From: Sphingomonas sp.
GTDB taxonomy: Bacteria > Pseudomonadota > Alphaproteobacteria > Sphingomonadales > Sphingomonadaceae
Reading direction: 5' to 3'
Length of the DNA stretch: 64,000 nt
Assembly: GCA_041659385.1 (NCBI GenBank)
Contig: JBAZYJ010000011.1
Coordinates: forward strand, 57,374-121,373
The notes under the pieces are model-generated. The model was not told where the DNA came from and did not search any database. It saw only the letters and a program-made list of their open reading frames with translations. The position numbers were made by a program, and so were the translations under genes. Positions 58,269 through 64,000 of this stretch are shown here, piece by piece. Within the stretch, counting starts at the first letter, position 1. Each line of letters opens with the position of its first letter.

Positions 58269-58311
58269 GCGACCGGCAGGTCGGTCAACGACGCGCCGCC
58301 ATCTGATCGAC

Positions 58312-59163
58312 TCATTCGATCGGCGTCGCCTCGACCACGGGTTCAAACGCGATCCCCGGCGGCACCGTCGCCAGTGCATCATGGCCGGGGAAGGGGCGCA
58401 GCGGCTTGCCACGGATTTGCTCCAGCGCGTCCTGGATGCGGCGGCGCGCTTCGGCGTTGATCGCTTTTCGACCCGGAAAATCGCGGGGGTTGAACGGATC
58501 GAGGAAATGCACGGTAATGGGGAAATTGCCCTTGCGGGACAGGACGCGGAAGGCGTTGTCCTGGCCTTCCTCATCACCCACCCAGGCGATTTCCTGCGCA
58601 ACTGCGCCATAGTCCAGCACCACCGGCTGCACCATGATGCCCGGCGGCGGCGGGTCGAGCACCGCCAGCAGGCTGGGCTTGAACGGCAACAGCGACTGGC
58701 CGTCGGTCGTCGTGCCTTCGGGGAAGATCGTCACCGCCCAGGTTTCGGCCAGCGCGTCGCGCAACTGATTGATCTGTTCGGCAACGCCCATCCGGTCCCC
58801 CCGGCTGACGAAGACGGTGCGGTTCTGCTTGCACAGCCAGCCGATGACGGGTGCGCGCGACAATTCCTCCTTGGCGATGAAGGCGGTGCCGTTGGCGCTG
58901 GCGATGACCGGAATATCAAGCCAGCTTAAGTGATTGGCGACAAAAAAGACATCGCGCTTCAGTGGCACGCCCATCGTGCGCCGCCGCACGCCGCAGATGC
59001 GCGTGACGATGACCATGAACCAGCGCGGCCATGGTGAAGGCAGATGCAGGATGCGCCACAGAAAATGGGGGAGGACGCAAATGCCGACGGCAGCGAGCAG
59101 CAGCGCGACGCGAGTGGCGAAGCGGACCCAGCCCGCCGCGTCAGCTTTTGCGGTCAAGCGCAA
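58312..59163 (-). CDS. Lysophospholipid acyltransferase (PlsC/OlsA-like)
   Basis: NHLSWLD (HxxxxD), FPEGTT; TTG start overlapping the fur 3' end. Confidence 0.9.
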   Translation of the reverse strand: MRLTAKADAAGWVRFATRVALLLAAVGICVLPHFLWRILHLPSPWPRWFMVIVTRICGVRRRTMGVPLKRDVFFVANHLSWLDIPVIASANGTAFIAKEELSRAPVIGWLCKQNRTVFVSRGDRMGVAEQINQLRDALAETWAVTIFPEGTTTDGQSLLPFKPSLLAVLDPPPPGIMVQPVVLDYGAVAQEIAWVGDEEGQDNAFRVLSRKGNFPITVHFLDPFNPRDFPGRKAINAEARRRIQDALEQIRGKPLRPFPGHDALATVPPGIAFEPVVEATPIE

Positions 59164-59563
59164 CGCCGTAAAGCTCCATGCGGTGATCGACGAGGCGGAA
59201 ACCCAGCCGTTCGGCAATCAGCTTCTGCAATTGTTCCAGTTCAGGATCGACAAATTCGATCACACGCCCGGTTTCGACATCGATCAGGTGATCGTGATGC
59301 GCTTCGGGTGCGGGTTCGTAGCGGGAACGGCCATCGCCAAAATCGTGCCGGTCAAGGATACCGGCTTCCTCGAACAGCCGGACGGTGCGGTACACCGTGG
59401 CGATCGATATGCCCGGGTCAATCGCGGAGGCGCGTTCATAGACCCGTTCGACATCGGGGTGGTCGTCGGCATCGGACAGGACACGGGCGATGATCCGCCG
59501 CTGGTCGGTAATGCGTAATCCGCGCTCGTGGCAGAGCGCTTCCAGATCGATCTTGCGGGCCAT
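59141..59563 (-). CDS. fur: Fur-family transcriptional regulator (Fur/Mur)
   Basis: HPDVE, SIATVYRT, HHDHLID. Confidence 0.9.
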   Translation of the reverse strand: MARKIDLEALCHERGLRITDQRRIIARVLSDADDHPDVERVYERASAIDPGISIATVYRTVRLFEEAGILDRHDFGDGRSRYEPAPEAHHDHLIDVETGRVIEFVDPELEQLQKLIAERLGFRLVDHRMELYGVALDRKS

Positions 59564-59663
59564 CGTGGGACCATAGCTACTTCGGTGCCGATGGGAAAGC
59601 CGCCGGATAGGCCAGCGGAGGCGCCAGTATTGGTAGCGGCGCGGGGTGCCGGAATTAACGGCC

Positions 59664-59708
59664 CCGCCGTCCCGCCCGTGCAATGGATTTGCGCGGGCGG
59701 GACGGCGG
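59664..59708 (-). terminator. Long hairpin after mucR
   Basis: About 20-bp stem CCGCCGTCCCGCCCGTGCAA / TTGCGCGGGCGGGACGGCGG. Confidence 0.65.
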
Positions 59709-59715
59709 ACGTGGT

Positions 59716-60132
59716 TTACCGTGCGCGGCGGCGCTTGGTGCCCAGGCCGATCTTCTTCGCCAGGCTGCGGCGCTGTTCGGCGTAATTGGGGGCGACCATC
59801 GGATAGTCAGCGGGAAGGTTCCACTTCGCGCGATACTGTTCCGGCGTCATCTTGTAATGCGTCATCAGATGACGCTTCAGCATTTTCAGCTTCTTGCCGT
59901 CTTCCAGGCAGACAATATAGTCTGGCTTTATTGAAGCGCGAATGGAAACGGCTGGTTCCTGCTTCACTTCAGGTTCCGGAATTGGCGTGCCGAGGTTGCT
60001 GAGTGCGCCATGCACATTGCTGATGAGCAATGGCAGATCAGAAACTGCGACGCTGTTATTGCTCACATGTGCCGAGACAATATCCGCGGTCAGTGTGATC
60101 AGCGTTTCCTGCAGTTCAGTTTGATTATCCAT
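59716..60132 (-). CDS. mucR: MucR/Ros family regulator
   Basis: TADIVSAHVSNN, CLEDGKKLKMLKRHL, YPMVAPNY. Confidence 0.94.
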   Translation of the reverse strand: MDNQTELQETLITLTADIVSAHVSNNSVAVSDLPLLISNVHGALSNLGTPIPEPEVKQEPAVSIRASIKPDYIVCLEDGKKLKMLKRHLMTHYKMTPEQYRAKWNLPADYPMVAPNYAEQRRSLAKKIGLGTKRRRAR

Positions 60133-60225
60133 GGGGTTCCTCTGCATGACAAGCAATGCGCAAGTACGATGCGCCGCGGTCGTATCGTCCCATTGATGCG
60201 TCAGTGCAAGCAATATGATCCGGCG

Positions 60226-60714
60226 TCAGCCCATTATAGGACGTAATGGGCACGAAAATGTCAGTGCGTCAAACAACTGACCATGCGGACTGCGATAGTA
60301 ACCACGTCGTTCACCGACCTTGGCAAAGCCAGCGCCCGAATAAAGTTTGATGGCATCATTGCCCGCGCGAACCTCAAGATGAATTAGTGCGGCACCTTGT
60401 TCCTGTGCTGCGCTGATTACCGCGCCGATCAATGCTCGCCCAACACCTCGTCTGCGAAATGCTGGCGATGTTGCCAGTAATAACAGCTCAACTTCGTCGG
60501 CAATACAGCGAGATAGCGAAAATCCGGCGGCTTGGCCGTCGATGCTGGCGATCGTCAGCCATACGCCCGGCATCGCCATGATTCCCAGGCATTGGCCGCG
60601 CGTCCACGCCTCGCCATAGCGGGGGTCGAACGCGGCCTGCATGATGGTATCGACAACCGGCAAATCGGCTGTCGTCCCCCGGCGCAGGTCGACCAGGTTG
60701 AGCGTCGTGCTCAT
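60226..60714 (-). CDS. rimI: RimI-like GNAT acetyltransferase
   Basis: RRRGVG, LEVRAGN, RRGYY; ATGA overlap with tsaB. Confidence 0.85.
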   Translation of the reverse strand: MSTTLNLVDLRRGTTADLPVVDTIMQAAFDPRYGEAWTRGQCLGIMAMPGVWLTIASIDGQAAGFSLSRCIADEVELLLLATSPAFRRRGVGRALIGAVISAAQEQGAALIHLEVRAGNDAIKLYSGAGFAKVGERRGYYRSPHGQLFDALTFSCPLRPIMG

Positions 60715-61424
60715 TGCGCGGGGCCGCCCACTAACCCCCGTTCGGCGAGCGTCTTGGCATCGGGCGCCCGACCATAGATCGGCGTCGCCGCCAATGTGGT
60801 GAATGCATCCGGCAGCAACACCGCGTTGGCGGCATCGGGCAGCGCGGTCGCGGACAAGGTTTCGGCCAGAAGAATGCGGCCATCGGGCAGGGTGATCGAC
60901 GGGGTGATCGCTGTTGCAGCATCAAGCCCGTCCAGCCGCCGCACGCCGTTGCCGACCGCAGGCGCGCCATCAATCGCGGCCAGCGCATCGCGCGGCAGCA
61001 TGGAACGGACGGGCGTGATCGCCGCGAAAGGGGTCGAGGCAAAGAGCTGCATGAACACTTCACCATGTCCACCTTCGAGGATGACGGCAAGAGTCTCCAG
61101 CGCCGGTTGCGCGGCAAAAGTAGCCACAGCGACCAAAGTGGGACTGGTATAGCCCGCGATGCTGGCGTTCCAGCCAAGCGCCAGCCCGCGTGCCGCCGCC
61201 AGCCCGACGCGAACGCCGGTGAAGCTGCCCGGTCCGCAATCGACCAGAATATGCGCCGCGCGCCCGCCATCGGGCAGCGCGGCGATCATCGGCAGCAGGT
61301 GTTCGGCATGGCCGCGACCGACCACCTGATGATCGGCGGCAATCACGACCGTGCCCTCGATCAAGGCGACCGAGCAGGCGGCGGTGGCGGTATCGATGAC
61401 AAGCGTTCTCACGCGCGGGTTCAT
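60711..61424 (-). CDS. tsaB: t6A37 biosynthesis protein TsaB
   Basis: IDTAT, GHAE, GPGSFTGVRVG, PIYGRAPDA. Confidence 0.93.
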   Translation of the reverse strand: MNPRVRTLVIDTATAACSVALIEGTVVIAADHQVVGRGHAEHLLPMIAALPDGGRAAHILVDCGPGSFTGVRVGLAAARGLALGWNASIAGYTSPTLVAVATFAAQPALETLAVILEGGHGEVFMQLFASTPFAAITPVRSMLPRDALAAIDGAPAVGNGVRRLDGLDAATAITPSITLPDGRILLAETLSATALPDAANAVLLPDAFTTLAATPIYGRAPDAKTLAERGLVGGPAQ

Positions 61425-61448
61425 AAGCGCGCGTTTTGCCGAACGCTA

Positions 61449-62042
61449 CTATTCGACGCGGTTGAAGCGAGCGAATTCGGGACGGGGCAACCGAGCGAAG
61501 ATGCTGGCCGGGTCGCCATGGCCAAGCGTCGAGATGAAATTGGATTTGATGTTGGGCGTGTCGCCGAAGAACGCCGTATCGACGGCTGCATTGTCAAAGC
61601 CGGACATCGGCCCGGTGTCGAAGCCCAGTGCCCGCGCCGCGATGATGAAATAGGCGCCCTGCAACGTCGAGTTGCGCAGGGCGGACAAGCGCCGCAATTC
61701 GACATTGCCCTCAAACCAGGCCCTGGCATCGACATGCGGGAACAGCTCGGGCAAGTGTTCGTGGAAATTCTCGTCCATGCCGATGACGACGCTGACCGGC
61801 GCTGAACGAATCTTGGGGGCGTTGGTCGCGCTGGTGCAGGCGGCAAGCTTTTCCTTCGCCGCTTCGCTGGTGCACCAGACCATGCGGGCGGGAAGCTGGT
61901 TGGCCGATGTCGGGCCCCATTTCATCAAGTCCCAGATGGCGCGCAGATCGGCTTCGCTGACGGGTGCGTCGGTATAGCCATTATAGCTGCGCGCGGTGCG
62001 GAAAATGGTGTCGAGTGCCGCGTCGGACAGCTTGTCGCCCAT
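61449..62042 (-). CDS. RutE-like nitroreductase (malonic semialdehyde reductase family)
   Basis: ARSYNGY, GPTSAN, LGFDTGPMSGFD, RLPRPEF. Confidence 0.88.
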   Translation of the reverse strand: MGDKLSDAALDTIFRTARSYNGYTDAPVSEADLRAIWDLMKWGPTSANQLPARMVWCTSEAAKEKLAACTSATNAPKIRSAPVSVVIGMDENFHEHLPELFPHVDARAWFEGNVELRRLSALRNSTLQGAYFIIAARALGFDTGPMSGFDNAAVDTAFFGDTPNIKSNFISTLGHGDPASIFARLPRPEFARFNRVE

Positions 62043-62125
62043 GATGACGGATGCCTTTTTCGATTGTGGGTGTCGATTGTCGGGAAAATGGTGAGCTGCA
62101 GCGCGAAACGACGGCGCGCAGCGGA

Positions 62126-62704
62126 TCAGATCGCGCGCACCTCGGTCACTTCGGGCACATAATATTTCAAAAGCTGCTCGATGCCGTTTTTCAGCGTCGC
62201 GCTCGAGGACGGGCAACCGGCGCAGGCGCCCTGCATCGTCAGATAGACCTTGCCCTGGTCGAACCCGCGATAGACGATGTCGCCGCCATCGCCATGAACG
62301 GCGGGGCGAATGCGGGTTTCGATCAGATCCTTGATCTGGTCGACGATGTCGGCGTCTTCCGGGTTGGCGGCGAACAGGGGTGTGTCATCGCCGGGCACCG
62401 AAATGCCATCGGCGGAACCGGGCGCGAACAGCGGCATGTTGGCGCTGAAATGATCGAGCAGGATGGCGATCACGTCGCTTTTCAGGAACGTCCAGTCGGC
62501 GCCCGGCCCTGCCGTTACCGACACGAAGTCGCGGCCGAAAAGGACGCCGGTCACGTCGCCGATCGAAAACAGGGCGTTGGCCAGCGGCGACGCCTCCGCC
62601 GATTCCGGGGTGGCGAAATCGCGCGTGCCGACATCCATGACGGTGCGGCCCGGCAGGAATTTCAGCGTGGCGGGGTTGGGCGTGGTTTCGGTTTCGATCA
62701 ACAT
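62126..62704 (-). CDS. nfuA: NifU/NfuA family Fe-S carrier
   Basis: TPNPATLKF, DGGDI, GACAGCPSS. Confidence 0.92.
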   Translation of the reverse strand: MLIETETTPNPATLKFLPGRTVMDVGTRDFATPESAEASPLANALFSIGDVTGVLFGRDFVSVTAGPGADWTFLKSDVIAILLDHFSANMPLFAPGSADGISVPGDDTPLFAANPEDADIVDQIKDLIETRIRPAVHGDGGDIVYRGFDQGKVYLTMQGACAGCPSSSATLKNGIEQLLKYYVPEVTEVRAI

Positions 62705-62820
62705 ACCTGGCCATGTGGGCGCGATTGTCGGGCTAATCAAGGTCGGCGCGCGACCATGTAGCGGCAGAGCCGCCAAAGCGCGCGCTGGCGGAACGGATGC
62801 AACCCCGCTACGCTGCGGCA

Positions 62821-64000
62821 ATGTCTGCTCTGTCTCGTGCGCTTCGCCTTTCCTCCCTTCTGGCACTTGTCGCGGCAACGCCTTTGCTTGCCGAGCGGGA
62901 TGCGATCTCCAATCAGGCGGCGACCGGCCCGCACAAGACTGCCGCGAACAAAAAGGCGCCCGCACCGGCGGCGGCAGCGACCTTGCCCGTCACCCGCACC
63001 AAGAGCAGCGACGATATTGTCGCGCGCGAACGGGCGGGGGAGGGCGGCGTCGATGCGGCGGCGCCGCGCGCGGTGGGCTGGCTGTACAAGGGCAGCGACA
63101 TCACGCCGGACCCCGATTGGCGGTTCGGCACCCTGCCCAACGGCCTGCGCTATGCGGTGCGCAAGAACGGCGTGCCGCCGGGCCAGGTTTCGGTGCGGGT
63201 GCGGATCGACGCGGGGTCGCTGTACGAACAGGAAAGCGAACGCGGCTTTGCCCATCTGATCGAGCATCTGTCCTTCCGCGGTTCCGCCTATGTGCCCGAT
63301 GGCGAGGCAAAGCGCGTTTGGCAGCGCATGGGCACCACGTTCGGCAACGACACCAATGCCCAGACGACGCCGACCCAGACCGTGTACAAGCTCGATTTGC
63401 CAAGCGCCTCTGAAAGCGGCGTGGACGAAAGCCTGAAGATCCTGTCGGGCATGATGGAAAAACCCAATATCACCTCGGCGGCGCTCAATGCCGAACGCCC
63501 GGTGGTGCTGGCCGAACAGCGTGAACAGCCCGGTGCGCAGGTGCGCCTGGGCGATGCGGTGCGGCAGACATTCTTCGCGGGGCAGCCGCTTGCCGACCGA
63601 TCGCCGATCGGCAACATCAAGACACTGGAAGCAGCCACCGCCGAGGGGGTGAAGGGATTCCATGACCGCTGGTATCGGCCCGAACGCGCGGTGGTGATCG
63701 TGTCGGGCGATTTCGATCCCGGCATTGCCGAACGCCTGATCGCCAAGAATTTCTCGGGCTGGACGCGCACCGATGCCGCCGCCGCCGACCCCGATTTCGG
63801 CAAACCCGACCCCAGCCAGCCGATGACGCAGGTATCGGTCGAATCCAGCCTGCCGCCGGTCGTGACCTATTCGGTGCTGCGGCCCTGGGTTTTTCATGAC
63901 GACACCATCGTGTTCAACCAGAAACGGCTGGTCGACCTGGTTGCGCTGCGCGTCATCAACCGGCGGCTGGAACAGCGTGCGCGCACTGGCGGCACCTTCC
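62821..64000 (+). CDS. M16 family zinc peptidase, secreted (runs off the window)
   Basis: Not in the ORF track. Signal peptide, GTLPNGLRY, inverted zinc motif HLIEH. Confidence 0.9.
   Translation, partial: MSALSRALRLSSLLALVAATPLLAERDAISNQAATGPHKTAANKKAPAPAAAATLPVTRTKSSDDIVARERAGEGGVDAAAPRAVGWLYKGSDITPDPDWRFGTLPNGLRYAVRKNGVPPGQVSVRVRIDAGSLYEQESERGFAHLIEHLSFRGSAYVPDGEAKRVWQRMGTTFGNDTNAQTTPTQTVYKLDLPSASESGVDESLKILSGMMEKPNITSAALNAERPVVLAEQREQPGAQVRLGDAVRQTFFAGQPLADRSPIGNIKTLEAATAEGVKGFHDRWYRPERAVVIVSGDFDPGIAERLIAKNFSGWTRTDAAAADPDFGKPDPSQPMTQVSVESSLPPVVTYSVLRPWVFHDDTIVFNQKRLVDLVALRVINRRLEQRARTGGTF

Noticed and set aside
62790-62814. EcfG promoter for the M16 peptidase (GGAAC-N16-CGCT)
   Set aside because: The -10 has a mismatch at a conserved T; too weak to call.
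1-64000. Numerous long overlapping ORFs in the track (for example 20242..22518+, 41430..43583+, 36858..38558-, 45795..47447+)
   Set aside because: Antisense or alternate-frame shadows of real genes, expected in high-GC DNA.
1-64000. tRNA/rRNA/tmRNA genes, IS elements, integrases, prophage or defence systems
   Set aside because: No recognisable motifs on either strand by eye; tRNAscan-SE, Infernal and DefenseFinder would be needed to exclude them formally.

Overview
A high-GC stretch of alphaproteobacterial chromosome, most likely Sphingomonas or a close relative (inferred from gene content, MucR/Fur, and GANTC/EcfG/LexA motifs). It is mostly housekeeping: an OPT transporter, a TonB-dependent receptor, a DUF853 ATPase, hflKC-degP, mrp, hom, class Ia RNR (nrdA/nrdB), a GGDEF-EAL-PilZ protein, class I fumarase, two ClC proteins, uvrB, an amidase, and the conserved run nfuA-rutE-tsaB-rimI-mucR-fur-acyltransferase-miaB-phoH-ybeY-corC-lnt-metK-trmB. 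That run is split by several small inserted blocks. I saw no tRNA, rRNA, CRISPR array, transposase, integrase or phage gene. The most notable signals are: (1) an unannotated, highly structured small transcript at about 34800-35061 carrying an 18-aa ORF behind a 15-nt extended Shine-Dalgarno (rreB/rreR-like); (2) a decayed multiheme cytochrome c still coupled to an intact P-type ATPase and an AI-2E transporter; (3) a 7x16-bp palindromic tandem array at 18049-18160; (4) a densely wired nrdA upstream region (DnaA, LexA, GANTC and NrdR motifs); (5) an orphan polytopic membrane gene inserted between metK and trmB. All calls come from motif recognition by eye; no database search was run.
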